Source: Macrostomum lignano
Lineage: Eukaryota
NCBI GenBank assembly: GCA_002269645.1
Contig: NIVC01001143.1
Location: forward strand, 1 to 64,000
Reading direction: 5' to 3'
Length of the DNA: 64,000 bases
Position 1 is the stretch's first letter; the number at the start of each line of letters is the position of its first letter. Below, piece by piece: positions 13,201-25,200 of this stretch. The position numbers were made by a program, and so were the translations under genes. The notes below the pieces were generated by a model that was not told the DNA's origin, ran no database searches, and was given only the letters and a program-made list of their open reading frames with translations.

Positions 13201-16200
13201 ACGGCAGCATGACACTCCGAGAGATCCAGTTTGGCAGCCTGTAACTAACCGAACTTAAGACAAAATTGCCGAACTATATGAAATTCCGGGCATGTGTTGA
13301 TGTACCGCACCGCTTTCTGATTCATCTGAATTCAGCTGACTCTAAGTTAGCTTAGCTTGTATACACCAATGTACTCGGCCGCCTGTGTACATTCTCTTTC
13401 TCCCCCTTAGCATAAAGATTTTCAGTAGCGAGCAACTCAAAGTTTTAAGCCTAGATAATATACGAAACCTCAAATATACGATTTCGCACCTGACTCATAC
13501 CAAGCCTTGTCTTTGTTTACTGGGCGCGACTTGACAATGGCGTCGCAAGCAAGCAAGCAGCTCCGAGCTAAACTTGGATGACCCAGACACAGCTGAAGCC
13601 TGGCTGCTCAGCTTTGCGGCCGCCGCACGAACCAAGAAACTGACGGACACGGAGGAATAACAGCCAGGGCAGGTCTCAAGGCACTGAGAACACTGAGAAC
13701 ATCGAGACATCATCGATGCGGCAATTCGGTCCAAAAAGTGCCTCGATATTGCCGAAGCGAGCAAAATTTCTCGCTCTTACGAAGGACCCAAGCGAAAGTG
13801 TCGCCCCCTACTACCATTGACTCCTAGCAGCAGCATGCAGCTTTGAGAAGCTAGAGGCGAAACAGTCCAGCGAGGACGAGCTCATCGCCATGTGGTTCGT
13901 GAACGGACTGGCTTCTGTGGACCACAAGCATAGCAACTCTCTGTATAGCATTCTCTCTGTTGGAGAGAATGCAAGCTACCGACATGCTGCTGGATGATGT
14001 GTTGCAAACACTTAGCAACTAGAGCAAATCCGCTGCTAAAACACCAGCACTGGGGCTGTTGCCACCACCGAGGCCAGCATCACCTATGCAGGGCGGCTCG
14101 GCACGCCCTCACAGCCAGCACCGGACACCAGACCACCGAGGAACACGAGCAAGGCAAAGTGCCAATATTGCGGCGGTTCGCACCTGCAAGGCGCATACCC
14201 CGCGCAAGGACCACTAGAAGTTGCCGTTGTATCAGGACGCAACACTCGTAAATATTGTAAAATTATTTGAAGGCCCGCTTGTTTACGTGTATTTATCGGT
14301 ACTTGCCTTCAAAAAAGCATCTACTCGACTTAAGTCGACTGTTTTAAAGAAGCATACACTACATTTGAGCCTCAGAAGCTTCATATAATATGTGTATTTA
14401 TAGTTTATTTAGGCTGTAATCTAGATATTTTGAGTAATTATATCATTATATGCAACTCGTTTTAATATTTCCTAAGGTTTTATGCAGACAGCAGATACTG
14501 CTAGTCATAGTACTGAGAATTCAACAAAGCTTGAGAAAAGGTCAAAGGATCAGAAGGGCTTCTAACTAACTTACTATCAACCAGAAAATAATTTAACCAG
14601 TAAGTCTATATTATTTTATAACTTATAAGCTTAGCCTTTACGCTTTAGCTAGCTATGCCAGGCTATCATATGACATTAGGCCTATCATACTGAAACTCCA
14701 ACAGCTACTAGGCCTATTCCTAGGCCTACCATGAAACTTTTCATTTTGACTGCAATGAAATATTGCGTATTGCCGTTACTTAACTGTACGCCCGCCGCTC
14801 CTACATGTAGATATAGCGCCAAACTTTGTTTTATGTTAAAGAGAACAAAATTTCGAGCAACCTGGCGAAAAAATTATCTTTTTAAGTGCAACCAGTCCGG
14901 AGTTATGAGCATTTAAAGTTCAGCTGCAATGCAAACAAGCGGGCCTTCAAATAATTTTGCAATATTTACGAGTGTTGCGTCCTGATACAACGGTAACTTC
15001 TAGTGGTCCTTGACCCCGCGTTCGGCAAGCGGTGTACCTTCTGCAACAAGAAGAATCACTTTGCAGCTGTGTGCAGGTCCCGCATCGTGCATTTGGAGAC
15101 TTGGGAAAACGATGGCGCCGAGGTAAAACGATTTGTCATCAGACCGCAGTACAGAGAGCGGAACAGCATCTTCCGGCAAGTCAAAATCAATGGCAAGGAA
15201 CTGCAAATGCAGGTAGACGTGAGCCTCATCCCAAAGGGGCCACTGGGAGGCACTTGGATGCCCAGCACTCAGGAAATCCAGACGAATTCTGAGACAGTTT
15301 GGTGGATCGATCATAAGAACCCTGGGAAGAGTTTACTGCCACGTGGGATGACCGAGAAAAGTTCCACGCAGTCGACTTGGTGGTCACAGAGGCTTGCAAG
15401 TCACATTGACTGCTGGGTCTTAACCATCTGGATCGGAACTACGAAGGACAGGCAGCCAGTGCTCAAGGTTCCGTAGTGCAACGCCTCAATTGTCTGAAGG
15501 GCTTTCAGGCCGGGATTAAGCTGCTCGAAGGTGCCGCTGCGCTGCAGACCGCGTCAATCAGGAGTTGAAGCGTCTCGCAGTGTAGCGCATCATTGAGCCG
15601 GTGACGGAAGGCGGCAACGAGTGGGCATCCCCGATCGTCTGCGTTCTAAAACCTAATGGCAATGTCAGAATTTGCGCCGACTACATGTCGAGGGTGAAGC
15701 ATCAGGAGTGCAGAGACACCTACTTCATGCCAACCGTCGAGACGATCTTCTCGGACATCGCCGAAATGACTGACTTTGCCACTCTCGACCTATCTGACGA
15801 CTACTTGCAGGAGATGGAGCTCGAGAAGAGCAGAAAGATCACCACGATTGCTAGACTATAGAAATATAGCTCGTACAATATGCACTTAGGGTGCATATAC
15901 AACAAGGTAAAAGCATTTTCCGACCTCTGGCTTACCTGATTCGAACCAACTGCTCCATCGATGAGGCTGTGCATGCCCAGCTCTGTGTCGCCATAGGAAA
16001 CCTCCAGTTGAGTTATGTAGGCACCGAAGCCGCTTGAACCCGAGTCGCTGATGCCACTGCCTTGCCAGACGAACCCCGTGATCACGTGACGAACGTCCAA
16101 CCAGATTTTCAGAAAACTGCTGGCTCCAGCTGAAATTCAAAGGAGAAGAAATCAATCCCGATCATTGGTTATCCATTGCACCAAGTTTTTTCTTTGCCCA

Positions 16201-19200
16201 AGTGTCACCTGACGGGAAGAGAAGTGCTGGCGGGAGACCGCTAATCTGATGCCTGTTCAGCCCCGCCATCCACGGCGCAGGATAGTGGAAGCTGCTGGCA
16301 GGACTTGTTGTCGGCTCCTGGCCCACTGTCAGCTGAGTCAGCTGCACCCGACCGTCCTCAAGGCCAATGTCCGAGTTGATGTAATCCAGAGACAAGGGGT
16401 CTGTTGGAAAAAATGGCTTGGTGGTTTTCTAAGGAAATCACAGCTCAGAAGTTTTACGAGTCCATGCAGCTTACCAATCAGCGGATAGCCGTAGACCTCG
16501 AACTCGCACACTGAGAAGTTTCCGGCGGAAGAGTTCGCCTGCAGTCCCGCTACGGATGCAATCTGGAGAGATGAAACGCCTGCTGTCTTACTCAAGCCTA
16601 GCACATTTATTACACACTGAAAAGTAAGAGAGGCCGGGCTCGGCTGCTTACCGAATTCACTTGAACAGTCCACATGTGGCTCTTCATGAATCCGCCAGTC
16701 CAAGTTTCCAACGTCACGACGTCCGAGGAGGACACGTCTGTGCTGTTGCTGATAAAGACGCTGACGCCCTGTATTTCTTCGTTCAGGTTTTGGACCGCTT
16801 CTGAAATTAAGAAATTACCGCTTTTAAGAAGTACAGTAATAATAGCTCGTAATATTAATTAATTGATTGAACCTGCCCTAATGGGCAGATTGCAGCCGAC
16901 AGCTCAGCCGCAGCTATTGCGCGGCGCATCTGAAGGCTGCGTACGGCTGTTCAGTCCAAAGACTGGGAGGGCACCACACACACACTCAATTACCCCAGCT
17001 AATGCTGGTACCCATTTTACAGCAGGGTGAACTGAAGCAATGCAGAGTTGAGTAATATCTTGCTTAAGGACACAAATTGTTCCGAGTGGGTCCAGAATCG
17101 AACCCCGATCTTTCAGTCGTGATTCCGACGCTCTAACCAATAGGCTACTCCCTGTAGTAATACAGATAAGTTTTCAATCTTTCGACTTACTGATCGGCTC
17201 AACCATGTCGATAATGAAGATGAACACAACTCGGTGAAGCGCCTGCAGATCAACCAGCCAATAAATCGGCAGATCCTCGCTGCCGCCGTCCGACTGGAAA
17301 CATCGGCCAGATAAAGCGAGGTTCGCAAAATTACCGTCAACCGCAAGGCCAGAGTTGCTGCCGGCGTTCGTGTCCGTGGGTCGGTTTCGAGACAGGAGGA
17401 TCGGGTGGATGGCCTGACTTGTCGAGTCTGCAATTGCGGCGATTGCATGTCAACCCACTGCAATCAACTTGGCCTTGGCTCTGCCCCATCTACTTACTTG
17501 AAGCAACTTGACAGCCGTACAGCTGCCACTTGAGCTCCAGCTTGCGAACCCATTTCACTGGAAACAGTCGAAGCCCTCGGACCAGCGGCTCCGGCAGCAG
17601 GCGATGGCGAGTCACGTGCTTGGCCAAAAAGACGCCGCTGAACTCCTGCAGGAGGAGGAGCTGCCACGTTGTCTTTGAAATTGATAACCGACTGCAATTT
17701 TACCATCATCCACTCACCCTGCCGTTTCGATGCATCATCCAGTACCTGCCATCGTCGCTTACTGCTAACCTGAAGCTGGTCACGTAGGTTGATGAGTCAG
17801 CCACTTGGGTAACGTCTGCACCGTCGCTCAGAGCCAGAGCAAATATTCGCGTTTGATAGTTGAATATCGCCTGCGAAAATGACAAAGTATTCGCTTGATT
17901 ATTCCTGGCTTTATATGGAATTAGAAAAAAAACTAGAAAGTATTGAGGATTCACCTGCACGTAGATGTCACTGCGCATGGCGTCCGGAGTCATGCTGGAG
18001 AGAATTCCAGGCGAAAAAGCCGCCATGCTGCTGTTGTCCGGCACTTCAAAGTACACGTGGGGCGCCATGCTCGCCGCTGTGTATGAGTCCGTCTCGACAG
18101 TGAAGCTGCGCTTCTTTCTCTTGCTGAGCTGCACGAAGCCTGAGTAGCCGATCTTGTTCACTGCGATTTTGAACGCGCTGTCCCAGCACCGGGCCAGCTC
18201 CTGGCCCTCGGCCGACACGGTCAGCACTGTGAGAGCTGGGAGCTGCTGCCAGCCAACGCTGATGTTCGCAAAGTCATCGGAATCGAATGCGACGGCGGCT
18301 GTTCCGTTGGCCGGCAGGTCGGCGAGGTGAAAGTCCGCGTGTCCGTAGTCTTTGTGCTCCACGCTGCAGCCGGAGAACTTCACGTGACTCCCGTTGCCGC
18401 TCAATGCAATTATATAGCGTCTCTGAAATTTGTTTGGAATCGGTTTGTGAAATTTAGCGATTTCAAAGACACGAAGGATTAAAACTGCAAATCTTTCTCA
18501 GTTACATTCTGAACAGCCGCGTCGTAGCCAAACTGGTCCGTGAGCCAGACCTTCAGCCCCTGCTGCTGAAGCCTCCCGTAGAAACTGACAAGCTGACGAG
18601 TCAACGCTGCCGCGATCACCGAGTCAGGCATCCACTCCAACCTCACCTGGATGTGCTCGTCAATAGTGTAGTCTAGAATGTTGATGCATTGGATATGCTC
18701 TTGAAAATTAGGGTTTGTTTATTTATTTATCGTTAGAAAACTTAAGCTCACATTCTTTGCCGTACACAATCAGACTAGTGATGCTGAGGAGGCCGAGTTC
18801 GACTCTCTTCACAATGGCCAGAAACCGGGAGGGAGGGCTGCCGGTGCACGGAATGGAATAATTGGTGCCTGTCTGGGGCACTTCAACAGCGCCGCACTGC
18901 TGCCAGTCCCTGAATGCGGACTCGCCCAGTGACTGGTTCCAGGCGGATCCGGTGAGCAGCCGAATCCCGAACTGGCCGCTCCCTGCAATGCCAGCCCGAC
19001 TGCGAGCTCGACTTTCCGGACATCGCATTATCAAAGCGGCAGGTCTGACTCACCTCCAATGATTTCCACTCCGTTCAGCAGATGGGGACTCTTGAGGTCC
19101 AGCAAGAGGCTGTGCATCTCAGTCGCCGCTTGGGCCGTTAGTAACTGAGTAGACACGAGCAGGAAGCCGAGCTCATCGCGACTGGGGCTCAGCTTCTGGC

Positions 19201-22200
19201 CATTAAAGTACACCGACTTGAAGTAGGCCAGGTTGTGGGACCACAGCTGCCCATTCCAAGGCGAATAATCGTGCACTGCAATGGGGCCAGTTTGGCTAAT
19301 GCAAAAACTGAAACAAGCTTAAATGCAGACCAGCCATTTCTCAGAGAAAATCGAGTCTTACAGCAGCTGTGCCGGATGCACGCCTCCATGGTAGAGCTGT
19401 CGACATAGCAGTGCGGAGCGCTTGTCCGGTTTGCTGAAATTCGTCCAAATTCTTATGGAAAATTGATGGAGCAGAATTGTAAAGAAGAAAATTCGCCTTA
19501 CTTAAGTACGAGTCGTACTTACGGCTGATACAGTAGTTGCTGAAGTCCCTCGTCTGGGGAGCATCTGAAGGCCAAAGGTTTTGCAAGCATGCTTTGCCTC
19601 CTGCAGTAATGTTCACTGGGTAGATGAAGTTGTCGGAGTCTCCGAGCACGAGCAGGCAGTTATCTGAAAGTGTCAATTTTTTTTCATCGAAGGGTTACAA
19701 TACGAAGTCTACAACCAATTTAAATTTGCAAATTTATTCAAAATTCATTACGTTTCATTCGGATGCTGCTGCCAAGGACACTCCCTGACGCGTCAAAGTA
19801 GGAAGCTGCGAACGGATGGCCCGACACTTCTGCACCTGTCTGGCCCAGCAGCAGCGGCTGCAGCGAGTCTGAATTGGTTTGGAGCTTTCACATGAGCTGG
19901 GATAATCTTCCTCATGAGGTAAATAATACCAGATTAGGCAGATCACCTTTGTCTCCATCAACAACATCAACAATTCTCGAGTTCTCATCCGGCAGCCCGT
20001 CTAGCAGGTCAGCCGCCGAGCTGGTAGCGAAAATTTCACCGCCCGAAGTTTGCAGATGTCCCAATGAGAACTTGCTCAGCCTCTCGTCCAGCAGATGCAG
20101 CCGGTTGTACAGCAGTTGAAGCGTCGGGCGGGTGCCTGGATCGGGCTGTCTGACAGCAAACAGCTCCGGCTGGTCGCTAAAGTTGCCAGAGTATTTCACG
20201 AAGGCTGCGTGGCTCACACGAAGCCGCTTGCCGCTGCCTTGAAGAATTACAATGGCTTGTTATGAAAAATTTTGATTTGCGCAGCGCTAGCAGATCGCCC
20301 AAAGCCTCACCAAGAGCCTGGGGCACCTGACACGCGAACATCTCCTTCTGCCCGCTTGCGGCCGCCACCAATCCAGCCTGCTGGGTGCTCCACACGCCAT
20401 GGAGCTCAGATGGCTGATGGAATTTCCACAGAGATGCAGCCACGGGGCTTCCGTCAAGCCAGTGCCAGCCTGTCCGGTTCCTCGTCATGCCAACGTGCAG
20501 CTCGAAGTCAGTCCTGGGGGTGCGGCAGGATCCGCTGATGAAGGAAGTGACATCCGAGCAAAAGCAGACTGCGACTCACCATCTGGCGAGCAGGCTCAGT
20601 ATCGCTGCATCCTTCACCATCAGCAGGCTGCCCCTCCCCCCGGCCCAGTGGAATGACTGGCACATGGCCTGGGCAGAAGCCCAGAGAGCTTTCACGGGCG
20701 AGAGGTGGTAGCACAGGTCACCGTGAGGCGCGAAGCCCGGCGGGCAGGAAGTCGGCCGCTTTCCAGTAAATGACAGCTCCAGCGGACTCAGGGAGCCGCT
20801 GATCAGCTGGACACTGAGGGAGATCGGAGCCATTAGGATGGGCAGCTCCAAAGTCTGTTGCGATCGGGTGCTCTCGAACTGCGGTTGGTTCAGTGTTTGC
20901 TTTGCCCATTCAGTGTGGTCAATTCTTAACTATGTAATTCAACGGTGGATTTAATATATGAATATAATTAATCGATAATAGTAATAATATATTAATGATG
21001 ATTGATTACACCTGCCCCAATTGGGCCAGATGTGCAACCGACAGCTCAGCCGCAGCTATTGCGCGGCGCATCTGAAGGCTGCGTACGACTGTTCAGTCCA
21101 AGGACAGGAGGTCGCCACACACACGCACCCTCAATTACCCCAGCTAATGCTGGCACCCATTTTACAGCCGGGTGAACTGAAACAATGCAGATTTAAGCGT
21201 CTTGCTCAAGGACAAATTGTTTCAGTGGGATCGAACATGGAACCCCCGACCTTCAAGTCGTAAGTCCGACGCTCTAACCACTAGGCTAAAATCCCCTGCA
21301 ATACGGATAAAAATTTAAAACTGCAAATTACTCACCAGCCAATCGCTGTCATGGACCTTCACCATTTGGGGCGGCTCTCCAGCGACTTCTGTAAAGGACA
21401 CGACGAAACAGAGGTACTCGGAGCTGGTCCGGTTGATAACTATGCTGTTGAGGTGGTGAACGGTCCCGAAGCTGACGGACAGCGTGCCCGGTTCAGTCTG
21501 TGCGACAAGCGCGTCTGATATCGAGGCCGAGTCTGAAATGCATGTCGGCACAGTTGTTGATGAACAATATCGCAATATCGTTGCTACCTTTGCGCAGATT
21601 GCTGCTCATGTCTTGGCACGTACTTGGGTCACGAGGGTAGCCCAGCAGGTCCAGCTTCAGCTGCAACATCCTACAATAATCAAGCAGTTTAAGCTTAAGC
21701 AGCTTCGCTGAGATGGAGCCGTTAAAGTAGACCCGGGCCACCTCTATTGCGTTTTTGGGTCCGTAGTAGAGGCTCTGAAAGTGAGCAAAATTGCTTTGAA
21801 AGAAAAATCTCCAAAGCTTCAGAACGGACTGACCGCTTTGCGGCTTCACTCTAAGTTTACCTGGTCGCCACTGTTTGGACTTGTAATGTACCGCAGCTGA
21901 TCGCTGTCTCCGCTGGGCGCGTACTGAATCTTGAAAGTCCTGACAACGCCGTAGAGGCCGCTACCGTAGTGCCCGTGACCGCCCTGCATTAGCAGGCCTG
22001 TCAGCCTGAACACCTGCGGCAGGAATATCAGCAGCTTCTGATTCTCCGGCCGCATGGCGTGGTGAAAGCTTTCGTCGCCGGCAAAGTGCAACGGCAGGGA
22101 GTACATATCTCCGGCGAAGTCGCCGCCGCTGTCAACGCCTTCGTGTTGAATTCCAGTTGACGGAAATCTGGTGCCGAGGCCAACTGCAGTTTCGTAAGCT

Positions 22201-25200
22201 CGCGGGGACTCCGTATCGCTAATTTCTAAAAATGGTGAAGATCCCGACGGTTTTTGTGCATAGTTTATAACTAAATGGCTCTTTTTTGAGTTAGCTCATG
22301 ACAGGTTGAAAGCAAAAATCAAAAAAGCAGAAGAGTGTAAATGAGAATTGGTGCTCGGCTGGATGTTGATTTGTTCTTCAGCTTACCAAGAGGGTTGCCA
22401 AACACCTCCAGTTCCATAATTTTGATAGTTGACGAGTTGTGTAAGCCTGCCAGGCCAACCAAGCTGGCTACCTGGAAAGTTTAGGAATGCTGCCCTGTCT
22501 AGAACATTATTTTACCAAACCCTTGAGCTCCATTTGTATTCATTTTATAAAAGTAAAGCACCTGACGGATCGCCACTCGCCACGGGTTCGGCATGAAGGT
22601 AGCCAGGTTCTGATCGACAAGAACGGCATCTGCTGACTGCCTGTAGGTCGAGTGATTTGACACGAAGACCGCCGTGAACTCATTCGGGTCCCTGTACTTA
22701 GCTGGAAATTGCGTTTAGAAGACAAATTTATGCTGTTTTGCGGCAGGAGAGTCCGTGGACTCAAAGGCCAAAACTACATGTAGAGTGCATTTCTCACCGC
22801 GATCGAACTTTGTAAATCCCCAAATGAGCACGAACTCAATCTGTCTCGGCGTCAAAAAGTTGATGGCAACCCACGGTGGGCCGGCTGCAGAGCCCGAGGC
22901 CTCGAAAGGGACACTGGGTATACTAAATGAGTCCCTCCAGCCGTCAATGATGCTCTCATTCACCGCTGAGCTGCCCGCCACCAGCTGGCGGAAGTGGATC
23001 GGCACGGCGGCCGGCCTGAACGGTGCGGCGTCTGCAAAGGCGGTGAAAATGACGGTGGAGCTGCCTGCTTCTAAAGATAAATTGATCGTTGATGGCTATG
23101 CTTCATCGCTGGATGACTCCATATAAACTCAGAAGCCAGACTCACCTGACCTGCAGCCATAGAGCATCCAGCGAGACTCAAAGCGCCTGGCATATAGTGT
23201 GGGAATGCCGTAGAGGCGAAATGCCAGGCCTGTCACCTCGGGGAACAGGCCAACAAACACTGTTGTCGTCATTTGAGCCGGCCCGTGAAAAACCTGCGTG
23301 TTTTTGTTTGTGTGCAGTGCACAGTGCAATTGGCTGGGGCCGGTTGTGTCGACTCTCGCACCTTTACTTGTACCCTTTTGGGCGTTTCTAATGGCTTTGC
23401 CGCTTCTGGCTCGCTGGCCCCCGCTTGCAATCCAGGCTGCTCTGGGGCAGTGGCATAATTTTTCTTGCAAGTTATTTACGACCTAAGCCTGTGACTGGGA
23501 GCCTTTTCGCTCTGAAAGCCCCACCCCAATCCCCATTCCTACCCCTTTCCCAACCCGTACCCCAACCCCTACATACCTAATCCCTTTCCCAATCCGTACC
23601 CCTATCCATACCCAACCCCTACCCAATCTCTACCTCTACCCCAACCCCTACTTAGCCCCTACCCCAATCCCAACCCCAACCCCTACCCCAACCCCTACCC
23701 CAACCCCTACCCAAACCACAATCCCAACCCCCTACCCCAACCCCTACCCCAACCACAATCCCAACCCCCTACCCCAACCCCTACCCCAACCACAATCCCA
23801 ACCCCTACCCCTACTCCAATCCAAATCAAACCTCTACACCCCAACCCCCACCCCAACCCCAACCCCAACCCCTACATGTACCTCTACCCCTACCCCCTAC
23901 CCTTTCGGCTCTCCGAGTCGTTCATCCTTTAAGCTGAGCCGTAGATTCACTCACCAGAGGATAATGAGCGAAAGAGACTTTGTCCACCGAATGGGAGAAG
24001 GCGAATCTCAAGCGATTTTCTTTACTATACCGAATCAAGACACGATCCGAGGCGCCTTGCATTGCCACCACAAAGACTGTGACGGAGCTGGAGAACGTGG
24101 CCTGAAACACAAATTTTAGTTTATACTCGTAGCTGCTAGCTGGTATAGTGATCGTTTAGGTCCACCTGCGGCCCTCGAAGCCTCTCTATCCGGCCCGGGT
24201 CCTTTAAAACCGCTCTCTCTTCTCCTCTCTCCCCTCTTCTCTATTTTCTCTCTTTTCTCCTCTCCTCTCATCTCTCCTCTGCTTTCTTCTCTCCTCTCAT
24301 CTCTCCTCTTATCTTCTCTCTCATCTCTTCTATCATCGTATCTCGTATCTCTTATCTCGCCTCTCATCTCTTCTCTCATCTCTCATCTCCTCTTTCCTCT
24401 ACTCTCTCCTCTATTCCCTCTTTCTTTCTCATCTGGCCCGCAGCAATGATTTCACTAAGAGAAAAGTATTTCTATATACTTAGCAAATTATATCAAAGTG
24501 GTAATCATCAGAACGGTTAGTTAATCTCCAGGCGAAAGCACACAAAAGTACCTGCTTGTACTCCGCAAAGTCGCAAGTGGAGAATCTGAGAGCCGGAGCC
24601 CAGAATCCCAACTGCCGGTCATCTGAAAGCATTTCAATTTTTTCCTGGTTAGCTTTCGTCGGTCATAAAACTTGTTGAGTCTAACACACAACAATCGCAG
24701 AACTTACTGGGCAAATCGAACATGACATGAGCCCTATAGTTGTCCGCGTCGCTGCCGAAGACAGTGTACCCTATGTTTTGAATGTCCAGCGCGTGTAACT
24801 GATTGCCAACTTCAAGGCTGGCTAGCAGAGACTCCCGGACACTGAGGTTGAGACTTCTTGTTGTCCATGACAGTTTGACGGGCTGAAAGTCGTCTGTATC
24901 TGCTGTCACAGAGCTCCCTGCCAGCAGTGACATTACAGACAGCGTGGCAAGGCTGGCAGAGTATCCTGATCGGACAAAATACTCCAGAGCTGACACATGA
25001 GATCCATTGCCACCGATGACAACTTCCCAGCGGGTCTGTGTTGAGTGCAAGGAAGTGGGATTTGTCATTGGTTGGCTTGCAGGGGGGGGGTTGTGAGCAC
25101 TGATGGCAGCCGTCCTGCAGCCGGTGAGGAGGCGAGTACACTCACACAATCACTGACCCACACTCACACATTCACTCACTCACACTCACACATTCACTCA

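Noticed and set aside
17085-17153. tRNA gene (also about 21225-21297)
   Set aside because: Cloverleaf is imperfect and the sequence is the head of a repeated SINE.
23523-23905. Interstitial telomere
   Set aside because: No tandem (TTAGGG)n; the units are irregular.
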